Assembly (NCBI GenBank): GCA_038257095.1 | Contig: JBBSJQ010000016.1 | Location: 30,417 to 94,416, forward strand | Reading direction: 5' to 3' | Length of the DNA: 64,000 nucleotides | Source of the DNA: Solirubrobacterales bacterium | Lineage (GTDB): Bacteria; Actinomycetota; Thermoleophilia; Solirubrobacterales; Solirubrobacteraceae | Shown: one piece after another, positions 35,326 through 43,932 of the stretch | Layout: every line of letters starts with the position of its first letter | Position numbering within the stretch: the first letter of the stretch is position 1 | Notes under the pieces: generated by a model | Told to the model about the DNA's origin: nothing | Seen by the model: the letters and a program-made list of their open reading frames with translations, nothing else | The model's database searches: none | Translations under genes and position numbers: made by a program

Positions 35326-35424
35326 GCGGTCTGGACGGCGTCCGGCGCGAGGGCGCGGGCGCTCATGGGGATCGATAGGGGGTGGCGCATGGACTCCTCT
35401 ACATCAGCTCACGGGCGAAGGCGC

Positions 35425-35441
35425 GTATTGTCCGACAGTAT
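35425..35441. promoter_or_regulatory. Operator candidate O6 GTATTGTCCGACAGTAT
   Basis: In the 187-nt divergent region between the epoxide hydrolase and thiolase genes. Confidence 0.6.
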
Positions 35442-35512
35442 ACTCCCGGTCGCGCTGGCGACCCCGGGCGACGCTACGGCGCCCGACGACGAACCGACTG
35501 TAAGGAGCGGCG

Positions 35513-36727
35513 ATGGTCGATGCTGTGATCTGCGAACCCCTGCGAACCCCTGTTGGCCGATTCGGAGGGGTGTTCCGAGACGTACCCGCGGCGACCCTGG
35601 CGGCCGTTGTCGTCAAGGAGCTCGCGTCGCGCGCCGGCGTCTCGGGGGGCGACGTCGACGACGTGGTCTTCGGCCAGTGCTACCCGTCGGGCGAAGCGCC
35701 GGCGATCGGCCGCATCGCCGCGCTCGACGCCGGGCTGGGCGTTGGGACGGCGGGCCTTCAGATCGACCGTCGCTGCGGGTCGAGCCTGCAGGCGGTCCTC
35801 TACGCCGCCATGCAGATCCAGACCGGCGTCAGCGACCTCATCATCGCCGGTGGCGCGGAGAGCATGAGCCAGGTCGAGCTCTACTCGCCGAACGCACGCT
35901 GGGGCGCGAAGTCCGGCGGACTGATGCTGCACGACCGGCTGATCCGGGCGCGCGAGACGGCGGGCGGAGAGGACTTCCCCGTACCCGGCGGGATGCTCGA
36001 GACGGCCGAAAACCTCCGCCGCGCGTACGGCATCGAGCGGGAGGCACAGGATCGGCTCGCGCTCCGGTCTCATCAGCGCGCCACCGAGGCCCAGGCACGC
36101 GGCGCCTTCGACGACGAGATCGTGCCAGTGACCGTCACCACCCGGCGCGGCTCCGACGTGGTGTCGATCGACGAACACCCACGGGCAGACACCTCGCTGG
36201 AGCAGCTGGCGGGGCTTCGAGCTGTTCGCGGTCGCGAGGACGCCGAGTCCACGGTGACCTCCGGCAACGCGAGCGGCCAGAACGACGGCGCCTCCGCGTG
36301 CATCGTGACGTCGCGCGAACGCGCCGAGCAGCTCGGACTTCGGCCAATCGCCCGTCTGGCGAGCTGGGCCGTCGCGGGCGTCCCGCCGGCCACCATGGGC
36401 ATCGGTCCGGTGCCGAGCACCGAGCGTGCCCTGTCCCGCCTCGGACTCGGGCTCGCCGACATGGACCTCATCGAGCTGAACGAGGCCTTCGCCGCCCAGG
36501 TGCTCGCCTGCACGGCGGTTTGGGGCTTCTCCGACCAAGACTTCGACCGCGTCAACGTGAACGGCTCCGGGATCTCGCTCGGCCACCCTGTCGGGGCGAC
36601 CGGTACCCGCATCCTCGCTACGCTCCTGCGCGAGATGGACCGTCGCGAGGCCCGCTACGGTCTGGAGACGATGTGCATCGGAGGAGGACAAGGCCTCGCC
36701 GCGGTCTTCGAGCGGATTCCGGCCTGA
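35513..36727 (+). CDS. Acetyl-CoA C-acyltransferase (FadA-type thiolase)
   Basis: IDRRCGSSLQAV nucleophile, NGSGISLGHPVGATG, CIGGGQG. SD TAAGGAG. Confidence 0.95.
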   Translation: MVDAVICEPLRTPVGRFGGVFRDVPAATLAAVVVKELASRAGVSGGDVDDVVFGQCYPSGEAPAIGRIAALDAGLGVGTAGLQIDRRCGSSLQAVLYAAMQIQTGVSDLIIAGGAESMSQVELYSPNARWGAKSGGLMLHDRLIRARETAGGEDFPVPGGMLETAENLRRAYGIEREAQDRLALRSHQRATEAQARGAFDDEIVPVTVTTRRGSDVVSIDEHPRADTSLEQLAGLRAVRGREDAESTVTSGNASGQNDGASACIVTSRERAEQLGLRPIARLASWAVAGVPPATMGIGPVPSTERALSRLGLGLADMDLIELNEAFAAQVLACTAVWGFSDQDFDRVNVNGSGISLGHPVGATGTRILATLLREMDRREARYGLETMCIGGGQGLAAVFERIPA

Positions 36728-36732
36728 TCACC

Positions 36733-37716
36733 ATGTCCCGCGTGCTCGTCGTCCCTCAGCACGGCGACCCCGAGGTCCTCGAGTGGCAGGACCGCCAGGC
36801 TCCCGAGCCGCGCCCCGACGAGGTCGTGGTGCAGACGCGCGCGGTCGGACTGGCGTGGAGCGACCTGTTGCAGACGCGCGGTGCGTACGCGGGCGGTGGA
36901 CCGGTCCCGCCGTTCACGCCTGGGTACGAGATCGTCGGGGACGTCGTCTTGACGGGGGCGGAGACCACCGGGCTCACGGTGGGGGAGCGCGTCCTCGCCA
37001 TGCTGCCCGGCCCGGGGGCGCTTGCGGAGCACGTCGCAGCGCCGGCTGCGGCCTTCCGCTCGGCCCCGGCGCAGTTGAGCGACACCGAGGCGGCCGCCTT
37101 CCCGGTTTCGTTCCTGACCGCGGACGCGGCGCTCGTGACAGCAGGCGGCTTCACGCCGGGCCACTCGGTGCTCGTGCACGCGGCCGCGGGTGGGTTCGGC
37201 AATGCGGGCGTGCAGCTGGCCCGCGCCTACGGTGCGTCACTCGTCCTCGCGACGGCGGGCTCCCCCGACAGGTGTCGCCACGCCGAGTCGATGGGCGCCG
37301 ACCGGGCGTGCGGCTACGACGAGTTCAGGGCGATGGTCGCGGAGGCGACGGGAGGATTCGGCGTCGACATCGTGCTCGAATCGGTCGGCGGGACGACGTT
37401 CGACGACAGCGTGAGTAGCGTCAAGCGACTTGGCCGGGTGATCTCGGTCGGTGCCAGCGGTGGCGAGCGACCCGAGAAGCTCAAGCTGCCCGTGCTGTGG
37501 CACAAGAGCATCCTCGTCGGAGGCGTCCATATCCTGAACTGGATGCTCAACGAGCCCGAGCTTCTCGAACCGTCCTGGACGAGGGTGCTCGACGCCGTCG
37601 CGAGAGACACGGTGGCGCCGGTCGTGGGTCGCACGTTCGCGGCGGACGATGTCCAACAGGCGTTCGCGGCGCTGGGCGGGCGCGGCGTTGCCGGGCGCGT
37701 CGTCGTGCAGTTCTGA
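36733..37716 (+). CDS. Quinone oxidoreductase / zinc-type alcohol dehydrogenase superfamily (MDR)
   Basis: PGYEIVGDV, VHAAAGGFGNAGVQLA. The rest of the 1009-aa track ORF is an artefact. Confidence 0.85.
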   Translation: MSRVLVVPQHGDPEVLEWQDRQAPEPRPDEVVVQTRAVGLAWSDLLQTRGAYAGGGPVPPFTPGYEIVGDVVLTGAETTGLTVGERVLAMLPGPGALAEHVAAPAAAFRSAPAQLSDTEAAAFPVSFLTADAALVTAGGFTPGHSVLVHAAAGGFGNAGVQLARAYGASLVLATAGSPDRCRHAESMGADRACGYDEFRAMVAEATGGFGVDIVLESVGGTTFDDSVSSVKRLGRVISVGASGGERPEKLKLPVLWHKSILVGGVHILNWMLNEPELLEPSWTRVLDAVARDTVAPVVGRTFAADDVQQAFAALGGRGVAGRVVVQF

Positions 37717-37738
37717 GCCACCCCACAAGGAGACGTTC

Positions 37739-37891
37739 ATGCCGGAGAAGACCAAGCTCAACTGCCCGTGCGGGGAACTCATCCGTGAGAGCTCGGAGGA
37801 GAGCCTCGTCGCCGCGGTGCAGAAGCATCTGGCGGAGACGCACCCGGACCTCGATTACACGCGCGACGAGATCCTGCTGATGGCCTACTGA
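37739..37891 (+). CDS. DUF1059-like small protein (50 aa)
   Basis: MPEKTKLNCPCGELIRESSEESLVAAVQKHLAETHPDL. ATG behind AAGGAGAC. Confidence 0.6.
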   Translation: MPEKTKLNCPCGELIRESSEESLVAAVQKHLAETHPDLDYTRDEILLMAY

Positions 37892-37897
37892 GCCGGG

Positions 37898-38605
37898 TCA
37901 GCCGGAGTGCCGCTCGACGTAGTCGAGGTGCTTGACCATTGCCTTGTCGGCGGCGGCGCTGTCGCCCTTCTCGATCGCGCGGACGATCGCGACGTGCTGC
38001 CGGAAGGTGTCCTGCGCCGCCTTCTCGGTGAGGTCAGTCAGCGCCGGGTGCGCGAAGCCGTGCAAGCCTGCGACGAACGAGCTGAGCAAGCGGTTCCCTG
38101 ACGCCTCAGCGATCGTCGAGTGGAAGACGGCGTCAAGCTCGCCGACCTCGGGCGAGTCGAGCTCGAGCTCGCGCTCCTGATCGATGATCGAGCGGAGGTT
38201 GGCGACCTGCTCATCGGTCCGATTCATCGCCGCAAGCCGTGCAGCCGGGGCCTCGATCAGCCGACGCACGTGGTTGACCTCGGTCGGCTCAAGCCTGCCG
38301 AGCTGCAGGATCGCCGTCATCGACTCGTTGATGGTGGTGCCGAGCGCGTGATGATCGACGAGGTTGACGAAGCTCCCGCCACCCTTTCCGCTGACCTTGT
38401 GGATGAGGCCGGCGGACGCGAGAGCGCGGAGCGCTTCCCGGATGGTCGTCCGGCTCACCGCAAAGCTCGCCGCGAGCTGCGCCTCGCTCGGAAGCCGGTC
38501 GCCGGTCGCGAACTGTCCAGCGAGAATGCTCTGGCGGAGCTGCTCCTCGACCTGTGCGCGCGGACGCTGAACAGGTCGTGGAGCGAAGGTCGGTTCGCTG
38601 GTCAC
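37898..38605 (-). CDS. GntR family regulator, FadR subfamily (FCD effector domain), paralog 1
   Basis: LPSEAQLAASFAVSRTTIREALRALASAGLIHKVSGKGGGSFV winged HTH plus helical C-domain. Confidence 0.9.
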   Translation of the reverse strand: MTSEPTFAPRPVQRPRAQVEEQLRQSILAGQFATGDRLPSEAQLAASFAVSRTTIREALRALASAGLIHKVSGKGGGSFVNLVDHHALGTTINESMTAILQLGRLEPTEVNHVRRLIEAPAARLAAMNRTDEQVANLRSIIDQERELELDSPEVGELDAVFHSTIAEASGNRLLSSFVAGLHGFAHPALTDLTEKAAQDTFRQHVAIVRAIEKGDSAAADKAMVKHLDYVERHSG

Positions 38606-38676
38606 GATTTCAGTTTACGGTCTGCGGTCGGACAGCTTCCCTTCTCTCCCGACCAGGCGCCCGGCACCTGGCCGTC

Positions 38677-40311
38677 TCAGCCCGCGAGCGCGCCGTCTGC
38701 CAGGCGCCCGCGGAGCTCGTTCTTGCGGATCTTCCCGCTCGCGGTCTTGGGCATCTCGTCCACGATGTGGACGAACTCCGGCAGGTAGTGCTTGGACAGC
38801 CCGCGAGCGACCAGGAACGACGCAAGGTCATCGACTCCGGGACGCGCGCCGTCGCGGGCGACGACGATCGCAGCGATGCGCTCGCCAAGGCGTGGGTCGG
38901 GCGCACCCACCACTGCAGCTTCCACGACATCGGGGTGCTCGAGAACGAGACTCTCGATCTCGACGACCGGGATGTTCTCGCCGCCGCGGATCACGATGTC
39001 CTTGGTCCGGCCACGGAGCGCGACGTAGCCCTCATCGTCCATGACGGCGAGATCGCCAGTGTCGAAGTAGCCCTCGGCGTCGAACGACTCCGCTATTGCG
39101 TCGGGCCGATCCTTGTACCCGAGGAACAGACCGGGCCCGCGCATGACAAGCCGCCCAACCGCTCCGCTGGGCACCGCGTGTCCGTCGGCGTCGAGGATCG
39201 CGACGTCGCATGCGTGGAGGGGGCGTCCGTCGCCGCGGGCTTCAAGGCCCGGGGCTCGACTGATGCCGATCCCCCATTCCGTCATCCCCCACGCCGGACA
39301 GACCCAGCATCCGAACGCCTCGGCTGCTGCGGCGGGCAATCCGTCGGGAACCGGGGCGCCCGCAACGACGACGAGCCCGAGCGAGCTGAGCCTTCCGTGA
39401 TGTTCGCGCTGTTCCACGAGGTCCTGCAGGAAGGTCGGGGCGCCGAAGAGCGTCGTCACCGCATGGGCTTCGATCACATCGGCCGCGTGGCGCGGGGACC
39501 ACCGCTCCAGGAACACTGCGGTCCCGCCGAGTCTCGCGGTCAGCAGCACTCCCCAGAGGAACCCGGTGTGATGCCCCACCGGGGAAGCGACGAGGTTCAC
39601 GAACGGCCGGCCGAACGTCTGCGCCCCCAGGTGATCGACGAACCCGCGCATGACCGCCTCGAGTGTCCGATGGGAGTTCATGACCCCCTTTGGCTCGCCG
39701 GTCGTGCCAGACGTGAATCCAACATGGCAGAGCGCCCCGGGAGCGACGGCACCGCGGTCGGCCCGCGACGCCCCCAAGAACGCCTCGTAGCTCATCTCCC
39801 CCGTCCCGAGCCCGGCGGCCCCGCCGACGACGACGACGTGGGCGAGGTCCGGCAGCCCGGCGCGCAGTCGGCGCAGCGTTGCGACATGCTCGACACCGCG
39901 GTACCCAGTCGGCACGAAGATCGCCTTCGCGGCGGCCCGGCGCAGGATGACCTCAGTCTCGCGCTCGCCGTATGCGACCGGGATGCCGGTGTACACCGCG
40001 CCACGGCGAAGGATGCCCCAGATGCACGCGGCGAACTCCGCTGAGTTGGGCAGGGCGACGGCGACGCCATCGCCAGGCGCTACGCCGAGGCGTGCCAGCC
40101 CGTCCGCGACCTCGTCCGCCCGCCGCGAGAGTTCCGCGTACGTCATCGATGACGTCGGCTCGACGCTCTCGGGGCCGACGGTCACCGCGGCGAGTGTCTC
40201 GGGCTGTTCGCGGACGGCACGTTCGAGGAGATCGGTCAGGGCGACCTCGGTCCACCCGCCGGTCGCGAGATAGTCCGCTTCGAGTCCAGGCGTCAGCCGG
40301 CTGTCGGTCAT
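38677..40311 (-). CDS. Acyl-CoA synthetase (AMP-forming)
   Basis: FTSGTTGEPKGVMNSH. Trimmed to ATG 40311 because the MLLSDIL track extension is a translation of operator O7. Confidence 0.9.
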   Translation of the reverse strand: MTDSRLTPGLEADYLATGGWTEVALTDLLERAVREQPETLAAVTVGPESVEPTSSMTYAELSRRADEVADGLARLGVAPGDGVAVALPNSAEFAACIWGILRRGAVYTGIPVAYGERETEVILRRAAAKAIFVPTGYRGVEHVATLRRLRAGLPDLAHVVVVGGAAGLGTGEMSYEAFLGASRADRGAVAPGALCHVGFTSGTTGEPKGVMNSHRTLEAVMRGFVDHLGAQTFGRPFVNLVASPVGHHTGFLWGVLLTARLGGTAVFLERWSPRHAADVIEAHAVTTLFGAPTFLQDLVEQREHHGRLSSLGLVVVAGAPVPDGLPAAAAEAFGCWVCPAWGMTEWGIGISRAPGLEARGDGRPLHACDVAILDADGHAVPSGAVGRLVMRGPGLFLGYKDRPDAIAESFDAEGYFDTGDLAVMDDEGYVALRGRTKDIVIRGGENIPVVEIESLVLEHPDVVEAAVVGAPDPRLGERIAAIVVARDGARPGVDDLASFLVARGLSKHYLPEFVHIVDEMPKTASGKIRKNELRGRLADGALAG

Positions 40312-40342
40312 CGATGCTCCGTCCTCGCGTAGTGGTGGTGCC

Positions 40343-40359
40343 AGAATGTCCGACAATAA
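40343..40359. promoter_or_regulatory. Operator candidate O7 AGAATGTCCGACAATAA
   Basis: 32 nt upstream of the ligase ATG, heading the ligase-GntR operon. Minus strand carries TATTGT. Confidence 0.65.
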
Positions 40360-40404
40360 CATTCACGCGGTCCGAGGGCGAGCGTGGCTCGTATCCACTT
40401 CCAC

Positions 40405-40414
40405 TGTCCGGACA
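40405..40414. promoter_or_regulatory. Perfect 10-bp palindrome TGTCCGGACA (followed by TGTCCAGAC)
   Basis: Read directly, in the ligase/TetR divergent region. Spacing differs from the O-site family. Confidence 0.3.
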
Positions 40415-40436
40415 CGATGTCCAGACGAGTTGCCTT

Positions 40437-40471
40437 GGCGTCCAGTCATGGCGTCCAGCCACGGCGTCGAC
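40437..40471. repeat. Three direct repeats with 13-nt phasing: GGCGTCCAG tcat GGCGTCCAG ccac GGCGTCGAC
   Basis: Read directly; ends 13 nt upstream of the TetR GTG at 40484. Confidence 0.4.
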
Positions 40472-40483
40472 TAGGCTGGGCTG

Positions 40484-41188
40484 GTGGCCCACAACGTAGA
40501 CCGCCTCGAGAAGGCTGCCGCCCGCGCCTCGAGCGGTCGCCGCCAGCAGCGTGATCGCTCGACCGACGTGGAATCGGCGATCCTCGACGCAGCCGAGCTG
40601 CTCCTCGACTCCACGCCGCTGCACGAGCTCTTCGTCGCCGACATCATCAAGGAGGCCGGGCTCTCGCGCGCGACGTTCTACCACTACTTCGCGTCGAAGT
40701 TCGATGTCGTGGCCGCCCTGCTCGCCCGTACCGCGGACGACCTCTTTGAGGCGGTGCAGCCTTGGATGTCGGGTGAGGACCAGCCCCCTGAGGACCGACT
40801 CCGGTCGAGCCTCCAGGCAGCGGCTTCGGTCTGGGCGCAGCACTCGGCTGTCACGCGGAGCGCCGTCGAGCATTGGACCACGGACCCTGAGATCCGCGAG
40901 CTGTGGCTGGCGCTCCTCGAGCGCTTCGGCCAGGGCTTCATCGATCTCGTCGATCGCGATCGCGCGAACGGGCTGGCGCCCGCGGGTTCGGACAGCGGCG
41001 CGCTCATCACCGCGCTCGTCTGGTCGACCGAGCGGGTCTTCTACGTTTCGAGCGTCGGGACCGCCGATCACCTCCCGGACATCGATACCGCAGTCGACGT
41101 CGTGTTCGACATGTGGAGCGCCGCGATCTACGGCGCCACTTCGGCGGCGTCCAAGCCCGCCCCCAAGAGGCGGAAGACCGCGGCTTAG
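40484..41188 (+). CDS. TetR family transcriptional regulator
   Basis: FVADIIKEAGLSRATFYHYFASKFDVV; GTG start. Confidence 0.85.
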   Translation: MAHNVDRLEKAAARASSGRRQQRDRSTDVESAILDAAELLLDSTPLHELFVADIIKEAGLSRATFYHYFASKFDVVAALLARTADDLFEAVQPWMSGEDQPPEDRLRSSLQAAASVWAQHSAVTRSAVEHWTTDPEIRELWLALLERFGQGFIDLVDRDRANGLAPAGSDSGALITALVWSTERVFYVSSVGTADHLPDIDTAVDVVFDMWSAAIYGATSAASKPAPKRRKTAA

Positions 41189-41811
41189 AACGTCTCGGCC
41201 TCCCCCTCCGGTGCGGAGGCCGTCGGGCCGAACACCGTCGTGCGGAAGGCAGCGATCAGCGCGTCGATGGTCTTGCCCGAGCGCTGCAGCCCAGGCGCTC
41301 CTCCGAGCGCCGCGCCGACGGTCCGCTCGACGGTCCAGATCACGACGGCCGCCAAGGCCGGGGCCGGAACGCCCTCCGGCGCCCTGCCGGACGCGCGATC
41401 CGCTTCGACCCCGGCGGCCAACGTCGCTTCGAGTCGGTGTATGTGCGCCAGATACAGACTCTGCAACTGCGGGATGCGGGACCACTCGTCCATGGCGCTG
41501 CGCAACACGCCCCGCCGGGGCTCAATGTCGCGGACCCATCCGCGCGCGGCAGCGCCCAGGCCCGGACCGGAGCGCAACTCGGAGTCGGAGAGCGTCTGCT
41601 CGAGAAGTTCGGCGATCTCGTCGAGCAGCGCGGACGCGACCTCGACGAAGGCATCGTCTCGACTCGAGAAATACGCGTAGAACGTTGTCCTCGAGACCTG
41701 CGCCTCGACGAGGATCTGCGCCACGCTGAGGTCGCCGAGCGGCTGGCGCGCGAGCAACCTCGCGACCGCTTCGAGGATCGACTGCTCGACGGTCGTCGTC
41801 GTTTCAGCCAC
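41185..41811 (-). CDS. TetR family transcriptional regulator
   Basis: SVAQILVEAQVSRTTFYAYFSSRDDAF. GTG 41811 overlaps the upstream TetR stop by 8 nt. Its stop overlaps the convergent TetR stop (TTAG). Confidence 0.8.
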   Translation of the reverse strand: MAETTTTVEQSILEAVARLLARQPLGDLSVAQILVEAQVSRTTFYAYFSSRDDAFVEVASALLDEIAELLEQTLSDSELRSGPGLGAAARGWVRDIEPRRGVLRSAMDEWSRIPQLQSLYLAHIHRLEATLAAGVEADRASGRAPEGVPAPALAAVVIWTVERTVGAALGGAPGLQRSGKTIDALIAAFRTTVFGPTASAPEGEAETF

Positions 41812-42508
41812 CGTCGCTACCCGCCGGTCGCGCAGGGTCCCCGTAGACGGTGGCGAGCCACATCGCGGAGATCGCGTCGAGTGCCGACTCGACGGAGTCG
41901 AGCGCCGGGTCAAACTCGCGCATGACCGCGTAGAGCGTCCGCTCGGTGCCCGCGACGAGCAGCGCGGCCATCGTTTCCGCCGCCACGCCGCCGGGCGCAG
42001 CGCCCCGCCGGCGCTCGCGCCGGATCTGCTTCGCGATGGCCCCGGTGAAGAGCGCGACGAGTGCGTCCCAGGCCTCACCGATCTGTGGGTCCGCATGGAC
42101 GTTCTCGACCGCGGCGGCGACGACCGGGCCGTGGGTCACCCACAACTCGATGGAGTCCCGCAGGCTCGTGAGCATGGGCCGGTGAGCGCTGTCCGCGATC
42201 CACGGCGACGTCGAGTCGTAAACCTGGTCTACGAGACGGGCGAGCAACGCGGCGAACACGTCGTTCTTGGAGGCGAAGTAGTGATAGAAGCTCGCCCGCG
42301 AGATCCCGGACTCGTGGATCAGTTCGATGACCTGCACCTCGTGCAGCGGCCTGCTCGCCAGGAGACGCTCGAGCGCTTCGAACACCGCGACCTCCGCTGG
42401 GCTGGTCCCGGTGTGCCTTCGCGGCCGACGGCGACCCGCGTTCGGACGATTGACGTTCGGCACGACCCTGACCCTACTCACAGAACATGCGGTGTACATC
42501 CGCTCCAT
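41804..42508 (-). CDS. TetR family transcriptional regulator (start uncertain; GTG options near 42463-42472)
   Basis: VIELIHESGISRASFYHYFASKNDVF. The longest ORF start lies inside the conserved 29-nt element. Confidence 0.8.
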   Translation of the reverse strand: MERMYTACSVSRVRVVPNVNRPNAGRRRPRRHTGTSPAEVAVFEALERLLASRPLHEVQVIELIHESGISRASFYHYFASKNDVFAALLARLVDQVYDSTSPWIADSAHRPMLTSLRDSIELWVTHGPVVAAAVENVHADPQIGEAWDALVALFTGAIAKQIRRERRRGAAPGGVAAETMAALLVAGTERTLYAVMREFDPALDSVESALDAISAMWLATVYGDPARPAGSDGG

Positions 42509-42520
42509 ACGTCATGTATG
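42492..42520. repeat. Conserved 29-nt element copy 2: GTGTACATCCGCTCCATACGTCATGTATG
   Basis: 25/29 identical to 6988-7016, same orientation, in the TetR/thioesterase divergent region. Confidence 0.5.
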
Positions 42521-43075
42521 CTCCCACGGCTGGTTGGCTCGGAGTCCGAGGCGGCGATCCTCTCCGACGTACCCTCTCCGTCGCCTCGGACGTCGACCAG
42601 CCCGCTCACGACGTACGCGACGACAGCGAGGCTGCTCATGGATCCGGCCGACCCGGCGCAGGTGGCGCGCTTCTTCACCCATAACTCGCAATGCATCGGG
42701 TGCGGTGCCGAGAACCCGCTGTCGCTCGGTTTTCGCCCAGAGCACACGGACAGCCGGACGCTCCGGTCGGCGATCACCTTCGCGCCGGCGCATCAGGGCG
42801 GTCCGGCTCTCTCCCACGGAGGAGTGATCGCGACCGCGCTGGATGAGGCTCTCGGCCGCGCCGCCTGCGTCGCCGTCGGCAGTCACGCGGTGACTGCACG
42901 GCTCGAACTGAAGTACATCGCTCCGGCTTCGGTCGAAGGTCAGTACGAGGTCCACGCGCACGTGGATTCCATCGACGGTCGGAGGGTGCGGGTGAGCGGC
43001 ACGCTGCGTGGTGCAGACGGCGCCCCGATCGCCGAGGCGACCGGTCTCTGGATCACCGTTCCGAACCCGGTCTGA
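42518..43075 (+). CDS. PaaI/hotdog-fold thioesterase (alternative start ATG 42638)
   Basis: LSHGGVIATALDEALG and RVRVSGTLRGADGAPIAEATG hotdog pattern. Confidence 0.7.
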   Translation: MLPRLVGSESEAAILSDVPSPSPRTSTSPLTTYATTARLLMDPADPAQVARFFTHNSQCIGCGAENPLSLGFRPEHTDSRTLRSAITFAPAHQGGPALSHGGVIATALDEALGRAACVAVGSHAVTARLELKYIAPASVEGQYEVHAHVDSIDGRRVRVSGTLRGADGAPIAEATGLWITVPNPV

Positions 43076-43078
43076 GTT

Positions 43079-43096
43079 CTATAGCAGTCGCTATAG
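43079..43096. promoter_or_regulatory. 18-bp palindrome CTATAGC agtc GCTATAG; candidate operator of the operon-encoded TetR (43929-44468)
   Basis: Perfect 7-bp arms, AT-rich, 36 nt upstream of the ECH ATG 43132. Confidence 0.45.
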
Positions 43097-43131
43097 TGGC
43101 CGAGACGACAGACCATCACCGAAGGAGCGAC

Positions 43132-43932
43132 ATGTCCCAGTTCGAGTACCTGATCACGTCCGTCGAGGGCGGGGTCGGCATCCTCCAGCTCAACCACCCC
43201 GAGAAGCGCAACGCGCTGGGCTGGGAGCTCCACGACGAGATCATCGCCGCACTCGCTGCGTGGAGGGAGGACGACGCCGTCTCCTGTGTCCTCTTCATCG
43301 GAGACGAGAAGATCTTCTGCGCCGGTTGGGCGCTCGACATCCTCGACGGGATCACGTCGGACGATCGCCGGCGGTTCACGGACCTCGCGTTGAAGCTCAT
43401 GGTCGCGATCGAGGACTACGGCAAGCCGACGGTCGCCGCCGTCGCCGGAATGGCTCCGGGCTACGGCATGGACGTGGCGAACATGTGCGACGTCACGGTT
43501 GCCTCGGAGAACGCCGCCTTCGGATCCACGCAGGTCAAGTACGGCATGAACGGGTACTACTTCGGCCTGCAGAAGAAGGTCGGCGCAGGCGCCGCCCGCC
43601 GGCTCTTCTTCACCGGCGACCCGATCAACGCCGAAGAGGCCTACCGTCTGGGCATGGCGGACCTGCTGGTTCCGGAGGGCACACTGCGCGAGCGCGCGCT
43701 CGCGCTCGCCAAGCAGATCGCCGAGATGGGCCCGGAGATGGCGGTCATCCTCAAGGAGGTGGCCATCCGTGCGCAGAACATGGATCACATGGGCGCACTG
43801 GCCTACGAGCTCCGAACGACCCACGACTTGACCCAGCGTGGGATCTTCAAGGAGCGCACCGCCGCCGGGCTCCAGCGGATCCGATCCGGCAACAGCGCGG
43901 CCACCGAGCGTCTAGCCAAGCAGGGCGGGTGA
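43132..43932 (+). CDS. Enoyl-CoA hydratase/isomerase family protein
   Basis: LQLNHPEKRNAL, GDEKIFCAGWAL. ATG 43132 behind GAAGGAG. Confidence 0.85.
   Translation: MSQFEYLITSVEGGVGILQLNHPEKRNALGWELHDEIIAALAAWREDDAVSCVLFIGDEKIFCAGWALDILDGITSDDRRRFTDLALKLMVAIEDYGKPTVAAVAGMAPGYGMDVANMCDVTVASENAAFGSTQVKYGMNGYYFGLQKKVGAGAARRLFFTGDPINAEEAYRLGMADLLVPEGTLRERALALAKQIAEMGPEMAVILKEVAIRAQNMDHMGALAYELRTTHDLTQRGIFKERTAAGLQRIRSGNSAATERLAKQGG

Noticed and set aside
34687-37716. 1009-aa plus-strand ORF
   Set aside because: Only the last 327 aa (ATG 36733) form a quinone-oxidoreductase-like protein. The rest is antisense to the epoxide hydrolase and out of frame with the thiolase.
38623-38636. Weak operator-like sequence TGCGGTCGGACAGC upstream of GntR1
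   Set aside because: It has GGTC instead of TGTC and lacks the TA-rich arms. Too degenerate to count as a 13th site without binding data.
40311-40362. Shared MLLSDI N-termini of track ORFs 38677-40362 and 59124-59627
   Set aside because: Not a conserved peptide. Both arise from translating the same operator sequence (TTATTGTCGGACATT). Starts were moved downstream.
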